From positions 2,356,001-2,420,000 of the forward strand of contig NC_089430.1 of assembly GCF_026210795.1 (NCBI RefSeq): 64,000 nucleotides of DNA, read 5' to 3'. The stretch comes from Rhizophagus irregularis. Lineage: Eukaryota. The notes below the pieces were generated by a model. It had not been told where the DNA came from. It did no database searches and was given only the letters and a program-made list of their open reading frames with translations. The position numbers and the translations under genes were made by a program. Below are positions 12,090 through 22,289 of this stretch, piece after piece (position 1 is the first letter of the stretch; each line of letters opens with the position of its first letter).

Positions 12090-13313
12090 TTACAAAATAC
12101 TATTGATCTCTACTCGTAATGCTCGACGGTCCATATGGCCCTTAGAAAAGATCTGTAAAAGGACCTCGATGCCTTCTATTATTTTTTTATTATCCAAAGG
12201 GTGACTAGACTTCAGGACTTCATATCGAGAGAATAACTCTTTTACAGTCTCAGGTTTTGGAATTTCAGTCTTCGTGGTCCTATCCCGTACTTTCGCTAAG
12301 AAGTTTTGGAAGTCTGATCCCAGGGTCTTACCAGATAGTCCGTAGGCTTCCCGAAAGACGTACTTAATCCAGGTATCTGCGTTCTTAGCTATAACACCAG
12401 ATACGAGGAGGTGTTTTCTCTCTTTGGGCGATGGATATTCCTGAGCAAACTCGATTAGCTGGGAGGACTTTTTTGCTTCAGCTACGGCTTTCTGGCCATA
12501 AGGACTAAACTTCGATCGAACTGGGTTCAAACTCGGATCGAACAGGGATCGAACTGGGTTCAAACTCAGATCGAACGGGGATTGAACTGGGTTCAAACTC
12601 GGATTGAACGGGGATTGAACTGAGATCGAACTGAGACTAGTATCCCATCTAACCCGAATAGATAACGGATCGCTCTTGGATCTTCTAAGATCAAATACTA
12701 TAAATTCGCGTTGTAGAGTAAGGTCATCGATTACTGGAGCTAGTGACTCTGATTCTTCTGTATACTGGCGGATGATCCTCTTAGTATCGGTCAAACTTCC
12801 GTGACCTCCATGTAGGGAAATATAATTCACATTTTCACGAATAGCCTTGGGAATGGTAAAGAATCTTTGGGCCACATAGATACACAAGATATTTTTATGA
12901 CGCCCGTGTGTAAAAAATCCAGTGATGAGATCCTGGGTTTTTTTAGGTGCATCCATCAAATCCTCGAAGATTACCACAGTAGCCTGGGTGGAGTTGAAGT
13001 CCTTAACATTTGGAATCTCACTATGGGATACTGCGGTAAACAGAATTTCTTCTTCTTTGAAAAAATCACGTATGACTGCCCACTTCGGTTCATCGAGGTA
13101 TCTGCCAACTAGAATTTCCGCATCACATAATATGTACCTTTCGTTATCCTCCTTTGCCTTCTTGTCTCCCATTAACAAATTAATGATTATAGTTGTCTTA
13201 CCTGAGTCAGAACTTCCTGCTACGGCAAGACGGAAAGGCCATGATGGGGCAAACTCATTACCCTGTCTCGAGTCGGTCATGTACTCGTCCAAATTGTATA
13301 CATAAAGATCCAT
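12090..13313 (-). CDS. A32/FtsK-HerA-like DNA packaging ATPase
   Basis: Walker A GSSDSGKT, Walker B VVIFEDL, arginine-finger/sensor motif HGRHKNILCIYVAQ, IPKAIRENVNY. Confidence 0.88.
   Translation of the reverse strand: MDLYVYNLDEYMTDSRQGNEFAPSWPFRLAVAGSSDSGKTTIIINLLMGDKKAKEDNERYILCDAEILVGRYLDEPKWAVIRDFFKEEEILFTAVSHSEIPNVKDFNSTQATVVIFEDLMDAPKKTQDLITGFFTHGRHKNILCIYVAQRFFTIPKAIRENVNYISLHGGHGSLTDTKRIIRQYTEESESLAPVIDDLTLQREFIVFDLRRSKSDPLSIRVRWDTSLSSISVQSPFNPSLNPVQSPFDLSLNPVRSLFDPSLNPVRSKFSPYGQKAVAEAKKSSQLIEFAQEYPSPKERKHLLVSGVIAKNADTWIKYVFREAYGLSGKTLGSDFQNFLAKVRDRTTKTEIPKPETVKELFSRYEVLKSSHPLDNKKIIEGIEVLLQIFSKGHMDRRALRVEINSIL
12513..12632 (-). repeat. In-frame 33-bp tandem repeat (~3.5 copies) inside the ATPase
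   Basis: GAACTGGGTTCAAACTC units encoding (S)PF(D/N)PSLNPV(Q/R). Confidence 0.85.
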
Positions 13314-13344
13314 TTGAATTTTATTCTAACTTAGTTTAAATACG

Positions 13345-15534
13345 ATGTCGACACCAATTGCAATTTATACTCCTTCAGAGCCTACTGGACCGCCTCCTAG
13401 GGATTTGCGTGATATGAATAATATACCATTAGTTGCGGTAATTAAGGATCTAACAGATTTTTTAACTGTTAGTGATCGCATGGTTGTTAATCGAGATATA
13501 CAAAATGCAAACCATCGTCTTAAACATGCTCTTAATTTATTAATTCATCACTGTAGAGAAACATACGAAGAACGCGATATATTAAAAGCGGAACGCGATC
13601 GATCTCGAAAAGAACACGATGAATTACAAGATGAACTCGAGGTTCAAACAGGTTTGTTAGGTCTTACACAAGATGAGCTAAATATCGTACAAGATACTAT
13701 TACTGGTTTGGAAGCTAATTTGGCTGAATTGGAACGTGAGTTTGGTGGTATGCGGACGACTAATCGTCGTCTTCAGCAGCAATATAATCTTATGAGAGGA
13801 GAACGTAATAGAGCTATAGGTGAACGTAATAGAGCTATAGGCGAGCGTGATGCGGCACGAAATCGGCTTGTATATGCCAATAATCGGGTTCTTTTTGGAA
13901 TTCGAACATTGTGACGTCTTAGGAATCGACTTTTTCAACAAATAGCCGCTCTGCGTATCCAAGTACAATGGTTTTGAATTAGACAATTAAACCCTCCTCC
14001 ACCTTTTCTCAACCATCCACAAAATACGATATGGCTGCCGTTGGTATAGCTGCCCCATATTTCATGGTCGGGAAGATGAAGATCTTAATCTTTTTATTGA
14101 TAACTTTTTAGGGTATATTAATACCGTTGGTATTGATCCATTGGACGATGTTGGTGCGCCTCCTGGTCGGGTGAGAGCGATGGGGTTCTTCGTAGCTGTA
14201 TGAGAGATGAAGCGGCAAGGTGGTTTGATGCAGAACTTACTGGAAAAAATTGGGAACTCTCGAATATTCGGTTAGTAGCTGCTGCAAATAGTGGAGCCAG
14301 TGATACTCGCCGAGCATTCAGAGCTTTGGCTATTCCTGAAGCTGTTAATGGATTACATGTTGGTACTTACTTACCCGGATCTGATGCTGATGCATATTCA
14401 AGGATTGGAGTTAATGCGGCGCTAACCGTTGGAGATACATTTTTCCCATCACGCGCTGATATCGTTAGAACGAATTTTAAAGTTGAAGAGCAGTGGAGGC
14501 GTGCAGGCGGACGTCCTACTCATCAACCCATTAATGGGTTGGGAAATCATGGAGGTCCATTTAATGCTGCTGCCCAGAATCAACCGATAGTCTTACAGGG
14601 GATTCTCCTGGATCAAGCATTTATGCATATGCGCACAAATTTTCCAACCGTCGTGGAAGAAAGACTTCAGATACGATTTAGTAACCTTTACCAGGAACAA
14701 GGCGAACCTGTTCGATCTTACTATAAGCGAGTTGAGAGGGCTGGGGATATTGTAGGATATAATCGAATTATGGTTACTGACCAGTTCTATAGAGGACTTT
14801 TGCCGGAAAACGTTATTGAAGCTTCCAGAATCAGGGCGGCACCTCTTAATATATTAATCGATAGATTGAGTGATCTTGAACGACAAAAGGGTGAAATGTT
14901 CTATGGATTACAAAGGCGCCAGGGTATTGAAAAGGCTAAAAAAGAGGAATTGGCTGGCTATACTCATCCCGTGACTCCACACAAAGGTGCTGTAATACAA
15001 AGGTCAACAGATGTTATTACTCAAGAACGATTACAAGAATTGCTCAAGGCGCAGGCCGAGGAACTTACCAAGAATTTCCAGGCGCAATTTAAACAATTAC
15101 AAGCATTTAAGCCAGTTCGTAAACCACCGGTCTATAGACAACAGATTAAACCTGTTCGGCTGAAGCCACGGCCACGCGTTGTCCAACAAGATGATGATTA
15201 TCCTGATCCCGATTGGGATGATGGTTATATAGATCATGATGTTGGTGACGACCCTGATGCTCCTGAGTGGACTAGGGAGGATGATCAACATGTTATTGAT
15301 TTTATTTTGGGATATGAGACGTCTAAAAGATTTCCAAAGCGACTTCAGAAGGCTAAAGATAGACGCGATGATCTGAAATTAGCCTGAGCAATGAGAAACC
15401 TCGATCTTAATGATGATGCTATGGATATTGATACTAATACCGCGAGTTTTGATGACTTGAAAATTGTTCCCGATGAGGAAGGTGGTTTTCGGATTTGTGC
15501 GGTTCGAAGTACAAAAAAAAGTAAACTCAGATAA
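13345..15534 (+). pseudogene. Coiled-coil plus Ty3/retrovirus-like Gag capsid protein, disrupted
   Basis: Coiled coil at 13345-13914, then across TGA stops and small frameshifts: FHGREDEDLNLFIDNF...LRSCMRDEAARWF (capsid NTD-like) and FSNLYQEQGEPVRSYYKRV...DQFYRGL (MHR/CTD-like). The frame runs on past the TGA at 15385 to 15534. Confidence 0.72.
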
Positions 15535-16243
15535 GGGTGTAAGTATCTCGAAACTTCTTAAATCTGTTCCAAAAAAATCAGTTAAAATGACTCCTATTAA
15601 GATTCCTGTGAAGGTTACTAGTAGTAAGCCCACACTTATAAAAGCCGTCACCAAGAATGATTCATTAAGCTTATTAAGGTCTGCAGATTTTAGAAAATTA
15701 CTCCGCAAGATTCTTCGGGAAGAATTAAAGTCTGCTCGTAAAAGTACAGAGATTCCGAAAGACCTAGTTAAGGAAAAACAAGAAGAGGATATCAGGGAAG
15801 ATGACCCTATAGATATTGACATAGCTCGTTTGGAGAATACTAAAGATCTTTTAGCGCTAGATGGGAAGGTCAATGGGATAATGATTCAATGTTTAGCTGA
15901 CACTTGTGCTAACGCGTCTTTTATTCAGAGGGAAGCCGCTGAGGAATTAGGGTTGGATATTGACAAGAGTATTACACATAACATATCCGGCGCTCCGGAA
16001 TCTGGTAGGACATTCGGCATGGTAAAAGGTGTGTCAATCAAACTAACCCCTGATTGTGTAATCACTGAGAATCTCGCGGTTTTAAGCAATTACAAGCATA
16101 AGGAGATTGGATTGAGCCGGACGTGTCTGAAACATTACAATTATGATGTCCATGAATCACGCGAACATATCGCCCTTACTTGTAATGAGAAGAATGTTTT
16201 TATCCCGATAGTTTCTGACGTGAATCGAGGAGACAAAAAATAG
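15511..16243 (+). CDS. Retropepsin-like aspartic protease, overlapping the Gag end at an A8 run
   Basis: GKVNGIMIQCLADTCANASFI...AAEELGL and IGLSRTCL match the retroviral D(T/S)GA and hhGRDhL motifs in degenerate form. Confidence 0.75.
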
Positions 16244-17344
16244 GGAATATTTATTTTTTATTTCCAAAACTTGCGGATTAAATCAGGGACATTTTCCTCT
16301 AATCTACTAGCGGGTTCCCAAGTGGCTTCAGTATCTGAATAACGCTCCCACTTGACTAGGTACTGGTCTTGACCCTTCCTGATGTGATGCCGGAGTATCC
16401 GCTCAGGTACAAATCTTTCGGGTTGCCCTCTTATCACGGAGTTAGGTGGGGGACGTTCATTTTCTGGGACAACCTGCAACTCTTTTCGGGTGTACGCACA
16501 TCTGGATACACTTAGTCGCCCGTGTGGCCCATCAAGAAGATACGTAGGAGGCTGTTCGGGTGAGAGGATCATTTTTTTGATGACACGGATATTGGGATTC
16601 CATCTTATGTCTCCTGTACGAAATTTTCCATGAAGTTTATTACCGAGTACTGAGATAGGTTCATTTAACTTTACTCGGACACGCGTTTCTTCAGAAAGAA
16701 GTTCCGTCTTTTTTGACACTTTGGGTGACCCAGTCGGAATGTCTGGGGGATTTCTTTGCCAGAGTTTATCTATTTTATTAACTACATCATCAGCAAGTTT
16801 TAAACAGGCGTATAAAGTGTTGAAAACCGCCATGTGTTGCTCAACGCCAAAAAACGTAGGGAAATGAACCCTTTGTCAATCAACGCTACTTAAAAACGTT
16901 TAAAAACGCGTAAAACAACACCGATTTAAATGTAAAGCTACACGTAGTAAAACAACAATAGTTTAAAACTGCGTATACAATGTATAAAAACGCGTATATT
17001 GATATTAAAAACGCGTATAGCAACAGTATTTTTTAGTCATCGTACGATAGTTAACTTTAATTGTAGTATTAGTAATTTATTAACATATATCATATTATTG
17101 TATATTATTAACATATAAAATTTAATTGTAAAATATTGTAAATTTATTTATAAAATACAGTACAATACAAATAATACAAATACATTATTTAAAGAAATTA
17201 ACCTCTTGTTATAATTGGATTGCCGCGGATTTTTAAGTGATCAACGTACTAAATTTCCGTTGACAAAGCGCCCCTGGTGACACAACCATAACAAGGTGGG
17301 TTTTCAAATAAAAAAAACACAAAAGTTTCGTTAACGAAATTTAC

Positions 17345-19790
17345 ACAACCATTCGTTTTTGATGAATTTCTCTAAGTCCATTAATAATATTCCACAACAA
17401 AAGTAATCACCTTCTGCGATCTGATCCATATTCCAATAACCTGACCGAAGCCTACAAAAAAAGGAATCGTTAACAAACGTTTCCTAAAAAAGTCAATAAA
17501 TTTAAGTTTCGCAAAGATTGCGAAACTTACCATTTTTCCAAAGTAAAACACCGAATGGATCCTATAAAATAAAAGAAGGAAAACGTTAATAAACGCTTCC
17601 TAAAAAATAAAAATGAGGAAAGTTTCGTAATGAACGAAACTTACCTCAAGTTCCCGGCCAACTCAAAACTCCTGGAACTTACAAGAAAAAAAAGGAAATG
17701 TCAGTAAACATTTCCTAATTAAAAAAAACAAAAAAAACGGAAGTTTCGTAACGAAACGTACAAAACTTACCGTTTTCCAAATTTCAAAATTTCCAGAAAT
17801 CGAACCTACAAAAAAAAGAGAAAAGTTCAGTTAGAACGTTTCATAAAGAATAAATCAAAAAAAAAGAAAGTTTCGTATGAAACTTACCGTTTTTTTTTGA
17901 TTTTCTTAAATTTCCGAAACCTAAAAAAAGATCAAAGGAAACGTTAGTAAGAGTTTCCTAATTAAATAAAAAAATTATTATTAAGTTTCGTAACGAAATG
18001 AAACGTTACGAAACTTACCATTTTAAGTTTTTAATCAAAGACAAACCGAAACCTAAATAAAAGAAAAAGGAAATATTAGTAAATATTTCCTAAAAAAAAA
18101 TAAAAAAAAACAACGGAAGTTTCATAACAAAACGTTACGAAACTTACCGTTTTCCGAATTTCGAATTCCCAGAAATCAAACCTACAAAAAAAAGAGAAAC
18201 GTTCAGTTAGAACATTTCTTAAAGAAAAAAAATAAAAAAAAATGGCAGTTTCGTAATGAAACGTACGAAACTTACCATTTTACAAATTTCAAAATTCACG
18301 GAAATCGAACCTACAAAAAAAAAGAGAAACGTTCAGTTAGAACGTTTCTTAAAAAAAAATTTAAAAATAAAGTTTCGCAATGAAATGAAACGTTGCGAAA
18401 CTCACCATTTTGCCTACCCAAAGTCCGATATCTACAAAGAAAAGAAAAAAAAAGAAACGTTAGCATCATTTCTTTAAAAAATCAAAGCTTCGCAACAAAT
18501 GTTGCGAAACTCACCATCGTACTATCCAAAAGTTCGATACCTACAAAAAGAAGAAAAAAGAAACGTTAATATCATTTCTTTAAAAACAAAAAATAAAGAA
18601 AAGACTTTGAAGTTTTACCTTCAAAATCTTGTTCAGAAAACGTCCAGAAATCCGCGGACCTAAAAAAGAAAGAAAAACGAAACGTTAGTCACGTTTCGTT
18701 AAAATAAATTAAAATTAAAAAAAAAATAATTTTACCTGAATCATCCAGGAAGCGGTCCTAAAAAAATAAAAAAACGAAACGTTAGATACGTTTCGTTAAA
18801 AACAAAAAATTTAAAAAAAATTTTCGAAACGTTTTTTAACGTTTCGTTAAAAAATGAAAAAATCGGAACGTTAGCCAACGTTCCGATTAAAAAAATCAAA
18901 AAAAAATTATTTTGGAACGTTAAAAAACGTTCCGATTAAAAAATCAAAAAAAATATTACGAAACGTTAAAAAACGTTTCGTTAAAAAAAATAAAAAAAAA
19001 TAAAAAAATCGGAACGTTAGCCAACGTTCCGATTAAAAAAAAAAGAAAAAAGTTAATAACGAAAGCGTTAAAAACGTTTCGTTAAAAAAAGAAAAAATGT
19101 AAATCGAAACGTTAGGTAACATTCCGATTAAAAAAAATGAGAAAAAAAAGTTATTAACGAAACGTTAAAAACGTTTCGTTAAAAAAAAGAATAAAAAATA
19201 AAAAAATCGGAACGTTAGCCAACGTTCCGATTAAAAAAAAGAAAAAAAAGTTATTAACGAAACGTTAAAAATGTTTTGTTAAAAAAAGAAAAAAAATGTA
19301 AATCGGAACGTTTTTCAACGTTCCGATTAAAAAATGAAATAAAAAAATTAATCGGAACGTTAGCCAACGTTCCGATTAAAGAATTTTTTAAAAAAACAAT
19401 ATTTCGGAACGTTTTTCAACGTTCCGATTAAAAATTAAAAAAAAATAATAAATCGGAACGTTAGTCAACGTTCCGATTGAAAAAAATTAAAAAAAAAAGA
19501 ATATTTTGGAACGTTAAAAACGTTCCGATTTAAAAATTTAAAAAAAAAATAATAAATCGGAACGTTAGCCAACGTTCCGATTAAAGAAATTAAAAATAAG
19601 AATAATATTTCGAAACGTTACTAAAAAACGTTTCGTTAAAAAATGAAAAAGTAGTTTCGCAATGTTTCGTTGCGAAACTTACCAGAAGTTTGATACCTTC
19701 CAACTTTTTTCCGTATAAGGCTCATATCTCAGGAATTAATAACCTTATATTACGGAATTTACAGAGTTTTTACATAAATAACGGATAAAA
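17345..19790 (-). other. Putative spliced micro-exon transcription unit, probably non-coding or decayed
   Basis: 12 GT(A/G)A...poly(T)-AG introns flanking 11 internal exons of 22-41 nt. Confidence 0.7.
18770..19680. repeat. Array of about 20 palindromic units separated by A tracts
   Basis: AATCGGAACGTT-AGCC-AACGTTCCGATT alternating with CGAAACGTT-AAA-AACGTTTCG. Confidence 0.9.
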
Positions 19791-20938
19791 CTTTTTATAG
19801 GATGAAGGGGAGAATGAAAGGGTTATGGGAAAACGAATGGGAAGGGGATAATGAAAGGTAATGGGAAAAACGAAGCAAAAAAAAAATTAAGCTTTGCTAA
19901 AAAAAGCTTAATTTTTTTTTGCTATACCACAGTGGCGCAGTGGTAATTATTAATCCAGTATCACGTGACACACGTGATATATCATTACATAAAATACGTA
20001 ATGCTTAATATTAATTTTAATAAATACTTATAATAGTACAATGGTTAGATCGTGAGATTTGATATATTAATAGTGTAATTGAAGTAACCGGTTCGGTTCC
20101 TAAGGTGAGTAAAAATAAATAAATTAATATAATTTATTTAGTTGTGTTAATACTTAATATACAGTGCGTTGAACTACACATTAGAGTTGAATGACGCGTA
20201 TATTAACATTATGCGTTGGTATACTCCAGTATACGGGTGTTGATTAATATTGTAAAACGTGTTGAACAACTAGCTGGTGTTGATCAACGCGTATACTGGT
20301 GTGAATCAACACTTTTCAAACTTGCTGATGATCATGGAAATCTTCTGACCATTCCACGGATGTCACCCCGGTCTTCAACTCCTGTGCCACCATTCGTTTG
20401 AGAAGAGGTTCTTGAATAGCTTGGATAGCTCGTTCGGCATATGACTGCTGTTTGTATCTTCCCGGATCTCCAAACCTCATCATCACCCCTAGGCTGTTCA
20501 GGAAAAAATCACGTACCTGATCATTGGTTAATTCTGATCCAGAGTCTGTCTCTATTCGATGTGTTGGTGGCTTAATGCGATTTCTTCTGTAGATTTTAAC
20601 AAATCCATTGAGAACCCTATTTGCAGTTTTATCCTTTAGGGGTTCTGCGTCAACTCGTTTACCCGTGACTTCTACCACTACGAGGAAATAGTGGAATCCT
20701 TTGGGGTCGACTGACACCTCTGCGAGATCTGCCTGATGCATTGCATTTGGTTTCCATACAACTACTCGTGGACGCTCTGATGACTTCTCCTTTAGGGGCT
20801 TTTTGTATAGGTTGTAGTGCTCCTCACCTTTTAAAATTCGTGCCGGTATTCCGGATAGACTGTAGTACTTGTAGTAATTCTCTAAATGTGACATATTACG
20901 ACAAATTAAAGGAAAGATTTCGGACTTCAAATCTTAAG

Positions 20939-21258
20939 ATGACACGATTTTATTACCTAAAGTGTAAGAAGGAAACTGAGACTGCTAGTGAAATACAAGA
21001 TATGACCACAAATGGCCGCTATCATTTACATGGTGACTGTGTAGTTTGTGGGATGCATAAGAATACTTTTACTGGGATAGACTGGGTTATCAAAAAAAAA
21101 CCAAGGAGAAGAAAAAAGAAACCGCGGCTAAAAGACATCAAACGGCGTATAATCGGCAATGCAAAAAACTCGGGCAAAAAATTTTAGAGGCTGATGACGC
21201 GTGTAAACAATGTATTGATAAATGCCTTAAGGAGGCAAAAAAGAGAAAGACGGATTAG
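20939..21258 (+). pseudogene. Small zinc-ribbon protein (DUF5679-like, Polinton-associated)
   Basis: MTRFY(Y)LKCKKETET...TTNGR..LHGDCVVCGMHKNTF. The first Cys is apparently mutated and there is a frameshift in the A run at ~21095. Confidence 0.65.
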
Positions 21259-21267
21259 TACCGCCTT

Positions 21268-21792
21268 CTAAAAGTATTCCTCATCATCTGAGTCATCGAG
21301 AGATACCTCTCCATCATCTGATTCATCATCCGAGTCATCAAGAATACGACCTTCCTTAAGCAATTAGATGTTATACGTTATTTGAGTCCATTTCTCCCAG
21401 TTAGACTCTTGCGTTATAAAGCCACATCTGAGGAGGGCTTTTTCTACTGCCACCATTCCTGCGAATCTAGTGTATTTTTTCTGATCGGCTTCATTGAAAT
21501 TGTCAATGGCCTCTCTGTAGTAGTCTACTGCCTGTTTGTATACCTCCTCAGCTTCTTTATGCCGCTTCCAGAGTACTTGTTCAGCTTCGGCTCTCCAGAT
21601 TGGGCTGACTTCTAGAAGATGCGGTCCAAAATTGATACTTGGAATACATTCCAGGATATGGCCTACAAGTTCGGGGATTACTGATACTGCGTGCGGGTTT
21701 TGGTGGCTTTTTAGAATCTCCCTATTGATACCCATAAGATCAGGGACTGTGCAGCCAAAGATTCCTGCCAACTTTTTTACAGTATATGCCAT
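21268..21792 (-). pseudogene. F-box-like protein with acidic tail
   Basis: VIPELVGHILECI...LLEVSPIWRAEAEQVLWK. The frame continues past the TAA at 21364 into a D/E-rich tail. Confidence 0.55.
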
Positions 21793-22289
21793 TTTTTGTT
21801 ATATCAAATCGAGTACTAATTTATAGTTACCTAATCTTCAATTGCCGAATATATTTTTTCTGACGGGGGCAAGTGGTCATAGTTCGGGTGCCATAGTTCA
21901 GGACATAGGGGGTCATACTTGGGGGTCTAGGTGAGTATATAAATGGTAATCATAACGTGAATCGGGTTTTGGGGTTTGAGGGGCTGACTAAGGATGCCAT
22001 AGTATTATTATAAGGTTTGTTGTACTATGGCAGGTACTATGGCAGGAGATTCTGTCTGATTTCGGCTTTATTCGCATTTTTATTCCGTTTTTAAGTAGTC
22101 TGCCATAGCTGCCATAGTTGTCATAGTAAGTTATATATAAGAAAAAATGTAGAAAAAAAAATAAGTGGAAAAATACCGTGGCAGACCATGGTACTGTGGC
22201 AGGTAAACCTGCCCCACGAAGGGGGATGTAGGTACTGCGAGGCCGTGAGGCCGAGGTGGGAGGAGCGTAGCGAGGCGCACTACCAGCCC

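Larger units (their letters stand above)
16788..20330. mobile_element. Non-autonomous TIR DNA transposon (CMC/CACTA-like), 3.5 kb
   Basis: TIRs CATCAGCAAGTTT / AAACTTGCTGATG, 2-bp TSD AT, ACGCGTA-type subterminal repeats, no transposase. Confidence 0.85.
16258..20894 (-). pseudogene. Maverick-type DDE integrase with C-terminal chromodomain, split by an insertion
   Basis: Core HQADL/ETDSGSE/AERAI at 20894-20333; C-terminal VRVKL..KFRTGDIRW..PPTYLL and chromodomain YLVKWERY..TWEP at 16787-16258. Removing 16788-20330 plus one AT restores WSEDFHDVVNKID in frame. Confidence 0.9.
10723..22284. mobile_element. Polinton/Maverick-like virus-like element (right part) with Gag-protease module
   Basis: Intronless genes, mostly 9-44 bp apart, visibly more GC-rich than host DNA. 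Contains a packaging ATPase, a chromo-integrase and a zinc-ribbon protein. GC-rich structured end finishing ...GCGCACTACC. Confidence 0.75.

Noticed and set aside
12867..15873. Antisense ORFs overlapping the ATPase, Gag and protease
   Set aside because: Shadow ORFs of motif-bearing genes on the other strand
18770..19680. CRISPR-like array of palindromic repeats
   Set aside because: Spacers are A tracts rather than unique sequences, there are no cas genes, and the context is eukaryotic
13345..20894. Ordinary Ty3/gypsy retrotransposon
   Set aside because: The integrase is on the opposite strand to gag-pro, and no RT, RNase H, LTR or PBS is visible
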